Of a stretch of 17,516 bases of DNA, positions 1 through 12,506 are shown piece after piece. Origin of the DNA: a virus. The translations under genes and the position numbers were made by a program. The notes beneath the pieces were generated by a model. That model saw only the letters and a program-made list of their open reading frames with translations, had not been told where the DNA came from and ran no database searches. Within the stretch, counting starts at the first letter, position 1. Every line of letters starts with the position of its first letter. The stretch is from the UHGV virus genome UHGV-1979868; one strand, given 5' to 3'.

Positions 1-31
1 CAACGGCCTGCTCAAGACCTTTTATGGCCAT
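1..31 (-). CDS. Z: Tail completion protein Z, N-terminal fragment (gene continues beyond the window start)
   Basis: Minus-strand ATG at 31-29 followed by codons for MAIKGLEQAV, which I recognise as the lambda gpZ N-terminus; it lies 11 nt downstream of the FII stop, as in lambda. Confidence 0.6.
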   Translation of the reverse strand, partial: MAIKGLEQAV

Positions 32-42
32 ACATCCCCCTT

Positions 43-396
43 TCAGCGGCGACGGTTAACGGCAGGCGGTACGCCCCGCCCAAGCCAGAGATGACAGCTT
101 CCGCCATCATCCGGCGAAATCCGGTCTATCCAGAAGTTTTCCTCACCGATGGTCAGCGTGTCGCCGCGCCGCAGCTGCCGCACATCATCAGTCCGGACAA
201 ACAGGGACGGGCTGGAGCCTTCAACGCGTACGCCCTGTCCGGCATAGCTGATATTTTCAGGGTCATCAAAAACACCACGTATTACTGCGCCGGACTGCTC
301 ACCGGATGTCATGGTGGCTGACGTTCCCATGTACCCGCGTATCGTTTCATCGGCGCAGGCAATGGCAGCATCGAACAGGTTATCGAAATCAGCCAC
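43..396 (-). CDS. FII: Head-tail joining protein FII
   Basis: 117-aa ORF MADFDNLFDAAIA...GRGVPPAVNRRR, near-identical to lambda gpFII as I recall it; position after FI matches lambda order. Confidence 0.9.
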   Translation of the reverse strand: MADFDNLFDAAIACADETIRGYMGTSATMTSGEQSGAVIRGVFDDPENISYAGQGVRVEGSSPSLFVRTDDVRQLRRGDTLTIGEENFWIDRISPDDGGSCHLWLGRGVPPAVNRRR

Positions 397-407
397 AGCG
401 CCTCCCG

Positions 408-803
408 TTATTGCATTCTGGCCAGGCCGCGCTCTGTCATTTCAGCTGCCACACCGGCAGAGACACGGAACGCCGTTCCCGGCAGCACAAATGCCACAGC
501 CTCATCCCGCGTGGCGTGAAGTGCATCAGTATGCAGCGTCACCAGTGCCACAACCGTGATCAGAGCAGCCGTATCAGTCACGGTATCCGTCTGTGCTGAT
601 ACCACCTCATTTTCATGTCCGGTCAGTGCATTTTCCGGGCTGACAGACGTGTCCTGACCGGCTGCGTCATCCGTGTCATCAAGCTCCTCTTCCAGCTCTG
701 CCACACGGAGCGCCAGTTCTTCTTTCGTCCCCGTCAGGCTGACATCACGGTTCAGTTGCTCACCCAGCGACCGGAGACGGGCAATCAGTTCATCTTTCGT
801 CAT
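408..803 (-). CDS. FI: DNA packaging / head maturation protein FI
   Basis: The track ORF 408..842 contains MTKDELIARLRSLGEQLNRDVSLTGTKEELALRVAEL, the lambda gpFI N-terminus, from the internal ATG at 803. The middle of the protein differs from lambda and is one residue shorter. Confidence 0.85.
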   Translation of the reverse strand: MTKDELIARLRSLGEQLNRDVSLTGTKEELALRVAELEEELDDTDDAAGQDTSVSPENALTGHENEVVSAQTDTVTDTAALITVVALVTLHTDALHATRDEAVAFVLPGTAFRVSAGVAAEMTERGLARMQ

Positions 804-844
804 GAACTCCTCCACAGAGAGAAAATGGCCCCGAAGGGCCACGA

Positions 845-1870
845 TTACGCCAGTTGTACGGAAACGAACTCATCAGGGTCAGCCAGCAGCATCAGCGGTG
901 CTGACTGAATCATGGTGAACTCACGCGCCGGATCGCCGGTGGTCACCCAGTTTTTCGGGTAACGGGCAGAGGCGTTAATGCCTTCGCGCTGTGCGTCCGC
1001 ATCCTGAATGCAGCCATAGGTGCGCAGACCGCGAGCCTGAGTGTTCCCCAGCACCATCGTGTTGTCCGGCAGGAAGTTCTTTTTGACGCCGTTTTCCACG
1101 TACTGTCCGGAATACACGACGATGGCCACATCGCCATACATTCCCTTATAGGACACCGCTTTGCCCAGGTCTTTTACCGCTGTCTCCAGCTCGGAATGAG
1201 AGCCGCGACGGGTATCCAGCTTCTCCCTGACGGCTTTGAAGGAACGGAACAGCGCCCAGCCTTTCGGATCAAACACGATGATATTCACCACGCCGCTGGC
1301 GTTCAGCGCGTAGGCTTCGATATCGTCGGTCGGGTCATACGTGGACTTGTCACGCTTGCTCCACTCCGTGCCGCCGGACTGCGTGATGTTATTCGCTTCA
1401 CTGCGACCCATATCCACCTCAACCGGATCGAAGGCTTCACCGGTCATGGTGTATTTGCCCTTAAGCACGGCAGAAACGGCCTGCATCTCTTCGACCTGAG
1501 CAATGGCCAGCTCTTCGTCTCGCATGTTCTGCAGGATGATGCGACGGCGGCGGTAAGCCGGGTCCGCCAGATTCTGTGGATCTTCATCCGGCAGGCGACG
1601 CAGGGTCATCTGCGGATTCACCTCATGCTTCGGCTTGACATATCCCGGTGTAAATTCAGAGGTGGAGCCGCCACGGGAGCGGATAACCTCACCGGAAACA
1701 ATCGGCGAAACGTACAGCGCCATGTTTACCAGTCCCGGAATTTGTGAGAGATAGACTTTCTCCGTGGTGAAGGGATAGCTCTCACGGAAAAAGAGACGCA
1801 GAAACAGCGGATCAAACTTAAATTTCTGCTCATTTGCCGCCAGCAGCTGGGCGGTTGTGTACATCGACAT
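845..1870 (-). CDS. E: Major capsid protein E
   Basis: Track ORF 845..1897; the lambda gpE sequence MSMYTTAQLLAANEQKFKFDPLFLRLFF... starts at the ATG at 1870, giving 341 aa with only a few substitutions relative to lambda as I recall it. Confidence 0.95.
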   Translation of the reverse strand: MSMYTTAQLLAANEQKFKFDPLFLRLFFRESYPFTTEKVYLSQIPGLVNMALYVSPIVSGEVIRSRGGSTSEFTPGYVKPKHEVNPQMTLRRLPDEDPQNLADPAYRRRRIILQNMRDEELAIAQVEEMQAVSAVLKGKYTMTGEAFDPVEVDMGRSEANNITQSGGTEWSKRDKSTYDPTDDIEAYALNASGVVNIIVFDPKGWALFRSFKAVREKLDTRRGSHSELETAVKDLGKAVSYKGMYGDVAIVVYSGQYVENGVKKNFLPDNTMVLGNTQARGLRTYGCIQDADAQREGINASARYPKNWVTTGDPAREFTMIQSAPLMLLADPDEFVSVQLA

Positions 1871-1905
1871 AAAAAAATCCCGTAAAAAAAGCCGCACAGG
1901 CGGCC
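1871..1905 (-). terminator. Hairpin plus T-tract in the D-E intergenic region (terminator-like element inside the late operon)
   Basis: Minus-strand reading gives GGCCGCCTGTGCGGC followed by TTTTTTTACGGGATTTTTTT, directly upstream of the E start codon. The same element is present in lambda as I recall it. Confidence 0.4.
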
Positions 1906-1925
1906 TTTAGTGATGAAGGGTCAGG

Positions 1926-2258
1926 TTAAACGATGCTGATTGCCGTTCCGGCAAACGCGGTCCGTTTTTTCGTCTCGTCGCTGGCAGCCTCCGGCCAGAG
2001 CACATCCTCATAACGGAACGTGCCGGACTTGTAGAACGTCAGTGTGGTGCTGGTCTGGTCAGCAGCAACCGCAAGAATGCCAACGGCAGCACCGTCGGTG
2101 GTGCCATCCCACGCAACCAGCTTACGGGTGGCGGTGTCCAGCATCAGCGGGGTCATTGCAGGCGCTTTCGCACTCAATCCGCCGGGCGCGGTTGCGGTAT
2201 GAGCCGGGTCACTGTTGCCCAGCGGCTGGTAATGGGTAAAGGTTTCTTTGCTCGTCAT
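1926..2258 (-). CDS. D: Capsid decoration protein D
   Basis: Track ORF 1926..2264; from the ATG at 2258 the product is [12 protein letters not shown]...AGTAISIV (110 aa), matching lambda gpD. Confidence 0.95.
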   Translation of the reverse strand: MTSKETFTHYQPLGNSDPAHTATAPGGLSAKAPAMTPLMLDTATRKLVAWDGTTDGAAVGILAVAADQTSTTLTFYKSGTFRYEDVLWPEAASDETKKRTAFAGTAISIV

Positions 2259-2267
2259 AAACATCCC

Positions 2268-2663
2268 TTACACTGGTGTGTTCAGCAAATCGTTAACGGC
2301 ATCAGATGCCGGGTTACCTGCAGCCAGCGGTGCCGGTGCCCCCTGCATCAGACGATCCAGCGCAGTGTCACTGCGCGCCTGTGCACTCTGTGGTGCTGCG
2401 GCCAGAATACGGCGGGCCGTTTCCACGGTCATACCGGGGGTTTCGGCCAGCACGCGCGCCTGTTCTTCGCGTCCGTGAGCCTCCTCACAGTTGAGGATCC
2501 CCATAATGCGACTGTTTTCTGCCGCAACCGCTGCGGTGATCTGCGCGTTCACGTCCGGCTGCGCCGCGCTGGCGTTCTCGCCCTCCGTCGCTTGCACCAC
2601 GCCAGTAACGTCAGCCTGCGAAGCAGTGGCTGAAACAGTTGTTGATTGAGTCTCTTTGGTCAT
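2268..2663 (-). CDS. Nu3: Scaffolding protein Nu3, nested in-frame in the 3' third of C
   Basis: Internal in-frame ATG at 2663-2661 preceded by AGGAGG; the product MTKETQSTTVSATASQ...DLLNTPV (131 aa) shares the C stop. This is the known lambda C/Nu3 nested arrangement. Confidence 0.7.
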   Translation of the reverse strand: MTKETQSTTVSATASQADVTGVVQATEGENASAAQPDVNAQITAAVAAENSRIMGILNCEEAHGREEQARVLAETPGMTVETARRILAAAPQSAQARSDTALDRLMQGAPAPLAAGNPASDAVNDLLNTPV

Positions 2664-3567
2664 TCGCCCTCCTGAGAGACGGGATTTACGTGCATCCAGT
2701 GCATCACGCATGACGGTGATCGCATCGGTACTGTTAACAAGTTCATCAGCCAGTCCGGCATCAATGGCCTCCTGACCGCTGTACACTGCAGCCTCGGTAT
2801 CCAGCACAGCCTGCACGGACAGGCCGGTATATGCCGACACCTTCTGCGCAAACATCCGGCGGGTTGCATCCATCCGGGACTGCAGTGTTTCCCGGACGTC
2901 ATCTGGTAGATGGCTGTAGGGGTTGCCATCCACCTTATGGCTGCCGCTGTAAATCAGCGTGATTTCCACGCCCTGTTTCTCCAGCGCAGCGCCGTAATTA
3001 CTGTGAGCCATCATGACGCCGATGGAGCCTGTCCGGGCGGTCTGCGTGACCAGACGCCGGGAGGCGGCGCTGGCAAGCAGCTGACCTGCACTGCAGTTCA
3101 TGTCGTTGGCCAGCGCCCATACCGGTTTTATGTCACGCACACGGGCAATGATGTCAGCGCAGTCAAATGCCCCCGCCACCATCCCGCCTGGCGTGTCCAT
3201 ATCGAGCAGAATGCCGTCCACCATCGGGTCGCTGGCAGCCTGTTGCAGACGGGCGATAATGCTGTTGTAACCGGTCATCCCCGAATACGGCTGCAGCGCC
3301 CGCGTCCGGCTGACCAGCGTGCCGGACACCGGCAGCACGGCGATGCCGTTCATGACCTGATAACTGCGGGCCTGTCGTGGCCCGTCATCATTACCGGATA
3401 ACGCCAGCGTCTCGGGTGCCTCTCCGGCAGTCAGGCTGTCACCGGACACCGCATCCGTCAGGCGGCTGATCCCCAGCTGGCCTGCAAGCGCACAAAAGAA
3501 AACCCGCGCATAGGCGGGTTCAAGCATCAGCGGCTCATTAAAAGCCATACTGGCAATATGCGGGAGA

Positions 3568-3587
<20 letters not shown>
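2268..3587 (-). CDS. C: Prohead protease / minor capsid protein C
   Basis: Track ORF 2268..3701 contains the lambda gpC sequence (V)TAELRNLPHIASMAFNEPLML... from the GTG at 3587-3585, which is preceded by GGAGGA 5 nt upstream. This gives 439 aa and a start 20 nt inside the end of B, as in lambda. Confidence 0.88.
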
Positions 3588-7268
<3,681 letters not shown>

Positions 7269-7294
<26 letters not shown>

Positions 7295-7814
7295 TCAGCA
7301 ACCCCGGTATCAGTTCATCCAGCGCGGCTGCTTTGTTCATGGCTTTGATGATATCCCGTTTCAGGAAATCAACATGTCGGTTTTCCAGTTCCGGAAAACG
7401 CCGCTGCACCGACAGGGGGATCCCGTCGAGAATACTGGCAATTTCACCTGCGATCCGCGACAGCACGAAAGTACAGAATGCGGTTTCCACCACTTCAGCG
7501 GAGTCTCTGGCATTCTTCAGTTCCTGTGCGTCGGCCTGCGCACGCGTAAGTCGATGGCGTTCGTACTCAATAGTCCCTGGCTGGAGATCTGCCTCGCTGG
7601 CCTGCCGCAGTTCTTCAACTTCCCGGCGCAGCTTTTCGTTCTCAATTTCAGCATCCCTTTCGGCATACCATCTTATAACGGCGGCAGAGTCATAAAGCAC
7701 CTCATTACCCTTGCCACCGCCTCGCAGAACGGGCATTCCCTGTTCCTGCCAGTTCTGAATGGTACGGATACTCGCACCGAAAATGTCAGCCAGCTGCTTT
7801 TTGTTGACTTCCAT
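7269..7814 (-). CDS. Nu1: Terminase small subunit Nu1
   Basis: 181-aa ORF MEVNKKQLADIFGASIRTIQNWQEQGMPVLRGGGKGNEVLYDSAAVIRWYAERDAE..., recognisably lambda gpNu1, and the first gene after cos. Confidence 0.95.
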
Positions 7815-7829
7815 TGTTCATTCCACGGC

Positions 7830-8040
7830 CAAAAACAGAGAAAGGAAACGACAGAGGCCCAAAAGCTCGTTTTCAGCACCTGTCGTTTCCTTTCTTTTCA
7901 GGGGGTATTTTAAATAAAAACATTAAGTTACGACGAAGAAGAACGGAAATGCCTTAAACCGGAAAATTTTCATAAATAGCGAAAACCCGCGAGGTCGCCG
8001 CCCCGTAACCTGTCGGATCGCCGGAAAGGACCCGCAAAAT
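7830..8040 (-). other. cos site (cosB with Nu1-binding repeats, cosN, cosQ), lambda type
   Basis: The plus strand carries aggtcgccgccc at 7992-8003, the reverse complement of the lambda cohesive end GGGCGGCGACCT. It is flanked by gaaaacccgcgaggtcgccgccccgtaacctgtcggatcgccggaaaggacccgcaaaat, which matches lambda cosN/cosQ as I recall it. A perfect inverted repeat aaaggaaacgacag (7842-7855) / ctgtcgtttccttt (7880-7893) and a third related copy near 7933-7952 correspond to the gpNu1 R sites. Confidence 0.8.
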
Positions 8041-8202
8041 GATAATAATTATCATCTGCATGTCACAACGTGCATCTACGCCATCAAACCACGTCAAATA
8101 ATCAATTATGACGCAGATATCGTATTAATTGATCTGCATCAACTTAACGTAAAAACAACTTCAGACAATACAAATCAGCGACACTGAATACGGGACAACC
8201 TC

Positions 8203-8436
8203 ATGTCAACGAAGAACAGAACCCGCAGAACAACAACCCGCAACATCCGCTTTCCTAACCAAATGATTGAACAAATTAACATCGCTCTTGAGCAAAAAGG
8301 GTCCGGGAATTTCTCAGCCTGGGTCATTGAAGCCTGCCGCCGGAGACTGTGCTCAGAAAAAAGAGTTTCTTCTGAAGCAAACAAAGAAAAGAGTGACATT
8401 ACTGAATTGCTCAGAAAACAGGTCAGACCAGATTGA
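8203..8436 (+). CDS. Small ribbon-helix-helix (CopG/Arc-like) DNA-binding protein, 77 aa; positional equivalent of K-12 Qin ynfO
   Basis: ORF MSTKNRTRRTTTRNIRFPNQMIEQINIALEQKGSGNFSAWVIEACRRRL...: an Arg-rich N-terminus, then a beta-strand-like segment (NIRFPNQMIEQ) and helices typical of an RHH fold. The family assignment is by eye only. The ATG at 8203 has only a weak SD. Confidence 0.55.
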   Translation: MSTKNRTRRTTTRNIRFPNQMIEQINIALEQKGSGNFSAWVIEACRRRLCSEKRVSSEANKEKSDITELLRKQVRPD

Positions 8437-8493
8437 AGCAATTTAGATAATCGTGCAGACTACGCCCCCTCATATCACATGGAAGGTTTATCT

Positions 8494-8904
8494 ATGGATC
8501 AGGTAGTCATTTTTAAACAAATATTTGATAAAGTTCGAAACGATTTAAACTATCAATGGTTTTATTCTGAGCTAAAACGTCACAATGTCTCACATTACAT
8601 TTACTATTTAGCCACAGAGAATGTTCATATTGTATTAAAAAATGATAATACAGTGTTATTAAAGGGCCTAAAAAACATTGTGTCTGTCAAATTTTCAAAG
8701 GATAGGCATCTTATAGAAACGACCTCTAATAAGCTGAAATCCAGAGAGATCACATTTCAGGAATACAGAAGAAACCTTGCTAAAGCAGGAGTTTTTCGGT
8801 GGGTTACAAATATCCACGAACAAAAAAGATATTACTATACCTTTGATAATTCATTACTATTTACTGAAAGCATCCAGAAAACTACACAGATCTTACCACG
8901 CTAA
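8494..8904 (+). CDS. ydfO: Uncharacterised prophage protein, DUF1398-like, 136 aa
   Basis: The track ORF starts at 8479, but the second ATG at 8494 has the SD GGAAGG 7 nt upstream; the product is [31 protein letters not shown].... Size and position (second gene after ynfO, beside cos) fit Qin ydfO; the symbol is from positional memory, not sequence recognition. Confidence 0.6.
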
Positions 8905-8912
8905 ACCATAAC

Positions 8913-8952
8913 GTCCGGCTTCTCTCACTCCTGAGCCGGACTGCATTGGTTT
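8913..8952 (+). terminator. Possible stem-loop terminator after the ydfO-like gene
   Basis: 8-bp stem gtccggct / agccggac (8913-8920 and 8934-8941) with a 13-nt loop, followed by a weak T-rich run tgcattggttt. Confidence 0.3.
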
Positions 8953-9055
8953 AATAAAAACCATCAACAATTGTGATTTAGATATTCGGAACCATTCAAA
9001 TATAACAAAACCCCGTAAAAACGAGGTTTATGGATAAATTTTATTATTGAATACA

Positions 9056-9232
9056 TCAGATTAAATTAATCTTGACATCATAGCTTTCAAGACCCGTCAT
9101 TTTTTCCCGTGCGGTAAACTGAATACTGGTAACTTCTTTCCCGGTCTTTTTCTTAAGTTCAATAATTTTTTTTGTTATATATTCAGAAATATCTGCTTCT
9201 GCTTTTGTTTTTAAGTTTTCAATATTCATCAT
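9056..9232 (-). CDS. gnsB: GnsA/GnsB-family small protein, 58 aa
   Basis: Found by hand, since it is below the ORF-track size cutoff. Minus-strand ATGATG at 9232-9227 preceded by AAGAGGAA; product MMNIENLKTKAEADISEYITKKIIELKKKTGKEVTSIQFTAREKMTGLESYDVKINLI, whose C-terminal half closely matches the GnsA/GnsB sequence as I remember it. Confidence 0.7.
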   Translation of the reverse strand: MMNIENLKTKAEADISEYITKKIIELKKKTGKEVTSIQFTAREKMTGLESYDVKINLI

Positions 9233-9400
9233 TTCCTCTTTTAGTCTGTTATGACTTTCCAGTTACACAGTAAGTCGATTATATGGTGCAAACGTGTAAA
9301 AGATAAGATGAAACATCGCAATAATCAACATACGATAGTCTAAATTTTACACAAACAGACAAAGAAAATTTTCCTGAATTATCAATACAATAGCATCAAA

Positions 9401-9631
9401 TCAACTCAAGAGCCTTATTGCTGCTTCCAGAATTTCTTCTGAAGTAACATGTCGATCCGCGGCTACATAAATGACTTTATGATCTCCGGTCAGAGATGGA
9501 AACCCTGCGGCCATTACAGTAAGGTGTGTTTTTTCGCCATTTGGATATTCACGCATGATGGTGTTAACTCCAGTCATCGCTGGCACTACCACTGCAGGTT
9601 CAGAGTTAAAAAAAACTATGATTTTTTTCAT
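9401..9631 (-). CDS. Small hypothetical protein, 76 aa if started at ATG 9631; positional equivalent of Qin ynfN
   Basis: The track ORF 9401..9673 begins at a TTG. The first ATG (9631-9629) gives MKKIIVFFNSEPAVVVPAMTGVNTIMREYPNGEKTHLTVMAAGFPSLTGDHKVIYVAADRHVTSEEILEAAIRLLS. No good SD precedes it, and a shorter 51-aa product from the internal MREYPNG start is equally possible. Confidence 0.45.
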   Translation of the reverse strand: MKKIIVFFNSEPAVVVPAMTGVNTIMREYPNGEKTHLTVMAAGFPSLTGDHKVIYVAADRHVTSEEILEAAIRLLS

Positions 9632-9673
9632 GATGTTACCGTAGTATGTGAGTATCCATCGAATAGATACCAA

Positions 9674-9696
9674 GCAAAAAAGCTCCCGAAGGAGCC
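9674..9696 (-). terminator. Rho-independent terminator downstream of cspI
   Basis: On the minus strand: GGCTCC-TTCG-GGAGC hairpin (GC stem, UUCG loop) followed by TTTTTTGCTT. Confidence 0.6.
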
Positions 9697-9902
9697 TTCA
9701 TTTTCACTTTTTTAAATCCAACGACAGACGGCTGGCATTTAAGTATTGTGAAATATTATCAAATGTAATCATCATTGATTTACAAAAGATACATTTTGCC
9801 CCGAAAGGATTCATGTCAGAAACATCAAAAGATGATGTTCTATACTGGGAACCATGACAACACGGGCATCTAAAGTGAATATGGTTTGTAATATTGTCTA
9901 CC

Positions 9903-10115
9903 TCAAAGCGCCACTACATGAACAGCGGCAGGACCTTTAGGTCCGTTCTCAATACCAAATTCAACTTCCTGATTCTCAGTTAATGTTTTGAAATCGTTGC
10001 TCTGAATTGCTGAGAAATGGACAAACACATCTTTGCTGCCATCTTTCGGCGTGATGAAACCAAAACCTTTTTCAGGGTTAAACCATTTCACTAAACCAGT
10101 CATTTTGTTAGACAT
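9903..10115 (-). CDS. cspI: Cold-shock protein CspI (CspA family)
   Basis: 70-aa [73 protein letters not shown] with RNP1/RNP2 motifs; matches CspI as I recall it. ATG at 10115 with SD, and a long 5' leader region upstream, typical of csp genes. Confidence 0.9.
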   Translation of the reverse strand: MSNKMTGLVKWFNPEKGFGFITPKDGSKDVFVHFSAIQSNDFKTLTENQEVEFGIENGPKGPAAVHVVAL

Positions 10116-10478
10116 AATTATTACCTTTTGAAGAAATTAGCCCTTGGGCAGAATGGTCCGAAAAAAAATATCAGAGAGAAAAACCAACAAGGAAATCTCA
10201 AGAGGTACAAATAATAAAATTATAACAATGACTGCTTCAGATAAATTTGTAACAAACCAGAACACCATTAACGCATGATTAACCACCCATAGCAAGGATT
10301 ACTTTTGTAAAGAAAAACACAGCAATGAAAGAATAGCTTTATTTATTAATAATAACGTGTCATTCTGATTAAGACCTTTTATCTTACCCTTAAGATTTCA
10401 GGAATTTTGGCTCATGGAAGAGTCCTTTTTATTTAAATTTTACATTCCGCGATGTAAATGTTCCGATTTAATATTACC

Positions 10479-11502
<1,024 letters not shown>

Positions 11503-11506
<4 letters not shown>

Positions 11507-11814
11507 ATATATTTATGATGAGGACGCTCGTGCTTATTGGCAGGATTTTCAATCTTAAAGGAGTACTGATGCTGCAGATAAGACTCAACTTTTTCTGACA
11601 ATTTTTCTGCTACTTCCAGGAAGACTTGCCGGACGCTCCTTCTGGCTGCTGCCTCATAAAACTCCAGCGCAGCTCCTTCAACACGGTCCATGGCGACATC
11701 CAGGTCAAAAATTTCACCGTCAAAGCGTTCTTTGTCCTGTAAGGCTACAGTTACCGTAACTTTATTCTCAAAATTACGGACTCCTTTCACAACCAGTTCA
11801 TAGTCTTGAGTCAT
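11503..11814 (-). CDS. ydfR: Uncharacterised acidic protein (DUF1327-like, 103 aa) inserted between holin and endolysin
   Basis: ORF MTQDYELVVKGVRNFENKVTVTVALQDKERFDGEIFDLDVAMDRVEGAALEFYEAAARRSV...; ATG at 11814 with AGAGGAGA 8 nt upstream, 4 nt after the essQ stop. Its stop overlaps the rrrQ start (ATGA at 11503-11506). Symbol and family are from positional memory. Confidence 0.7.
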
Positions 11815-11818
11815 TGGA

Positions 11819-12034
11819 TTACTCTCCTCTCGCAGCCTTACGCCTGTCTTCTTTAATCTTGAAATAAAGATTTGTCAGATACGTCAGCAGGCCAAAAACC
11901 AGGCTACCCAGCACACCGATTGCAGCCCACTGTGACGGAGTTACTTTATCGAGTAACTGCAATGCCCAGAAACCAGCATTACCCGCCGATGTGCCATAGG
12001 CAACACCTGTTGTTAACTTATCCATTGATTTCAT
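11819..12034 (-). CDS. essQ: Pinholin / antiholin, phage-21 S-type, 71 aa with dual-start motif
   Basis: The track ORF extends to 12109, but the phage-21 S-like sequence begins [71 protein letters not shown] at the ATG at 12034. Met1-Lys2-Ser3-Met4 gives the two starts. It has two TM segments and a charged C-terminus. Confidence 0.85.
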   Translation of the reverse strand: MKSMDKLTTGVAYGTSAGNAGFWALQLLDKVTPSQWAAIGVLGSLVFGLLTYLTNLYFKIKEDRRKAARGE

Positions 12035-12253
12035 ATCCTCACCCCGATGTACACGGATGGTGCAATATGTTTGAAAAGATCGGAGTCTACGGGGTAGTTT
12101 TGACAGCACACGTTGTTCTCAACGGCGCTAAAAAAACATACACATTAAAAATGTGGGTAATTATTTTGAAAGAAAGTCATATATAAAATAATAATACGAG
12201 AAATGTTTTCATATTTAGTGTACTGTATACGGCCATTTATACAGGAAAAGCCT

Positions 12254-12424
12254 ATGTCAGAACGTAAAAACTCAAAATCACGCCGTAATTATCTCGTTAA
12301 ATGTTCCTGCCCAAACTGCACCCAAGAGTCAGAACACAGTTTTTCAAGAGTACAAAAAGGTGCCCTTTTGATCTGCCCTCATTGCAACAAAGTATTCCAG
12401 ACAAATCTTAAAGCTGTAGCCTGA
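12254..12424 (+). CDS. Small zinc-ribbon protein, 56 aa (two CxxC pairs)
   Basis: Track ORF 12203..12424; the ATG at 12254 has AGGAAA 5 nt upstream. Product MSERKNSKSRRNYLVKCSCPNCTQESEHSFSRVQKGALLICPHCNKVFQTNLKAVA with CxCPNC ... CPHC. It is divergent from essQ. It may correspond to a small putative zinc-binding Qin protein of K-12, but I cannot confirm the name. Confidence 0.5.
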   Translation: MSERKNSKSRRNYLVKCSCPNCTQESEHSFSRVQKGALLICPHCNKVFQTNLKAVA

Positions 12425-12480
12425 TTGATTTTATTAGTAACAAGTATTTTTTATATTTTAATAATATATTTAAAGCAGAT

Positions 12481-12506
12481 AATAAAAAACCCGCCTGAGC
12501 GGGTTT
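12481..12506 (-). terminator. Rho-independent terminator
   Basis: Minus-strand AAACCCGCTCAGGCGGGTTTTTTATT: GC-rich hairpin plus T-tract, about 280 nt downstream of cspB and just beyond the 3' end of the plus-strand zinc-ribbon ORF. Confidence 0.6.

Noticed and set aside
1196-1747. 183-aa plus-strand ORF
   Set aside because: Antisense to the major capsid gene E; no SD and no recognisable sequence. Shadow ORF.
2199-3401. Several plus-strand ORFs of 62-163 aa (2199..2633, 2248..2478, 2306..2494, 2910..3401)
   Set aside because: All are antisense to C/Nu3, which are confidently identified; their compositions are biased and non-protein-like.
8175-8441. 88-aa minus-strand ORF
   Set aside because: Exactly antisense to the RHH-protein gene; no SD; the plus-strand gene has the recognisable RHH pattern.
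9449-9857. Plus-strand ORFs 9449..9715 and 9648..9857
   Set aside because: The first is antisense to the ynfN-like ORF; the second starts inside it and runs through the cspI terminator and 3' region. Neither has an SD or a recognisable product.
10116-10478. 41-codon plus-strand ORF (MVRKKISERKTNKEISRGTNNKIITMTASDKFVTNQNTINA) in the cspI upstream region
   Set aside because: No SD; it lies antisense to the long cspI 5' leader and promoter, which is the better explanation for this AT-rich stretch.
11819-12109. N-terminal extension of the holin ORF to 96 aa ([12 protein letters not shown]...) and overlapping plus-strand ORF 11872..12186
   Set aside because: The conserved phage-21 S sequence starts at the internal Met-Lys-Ser-Met; the upstream extension is not conserved in the S family as I know it and would destroy the dual-start design. 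The plus-strand ORF is antisense to the holin.
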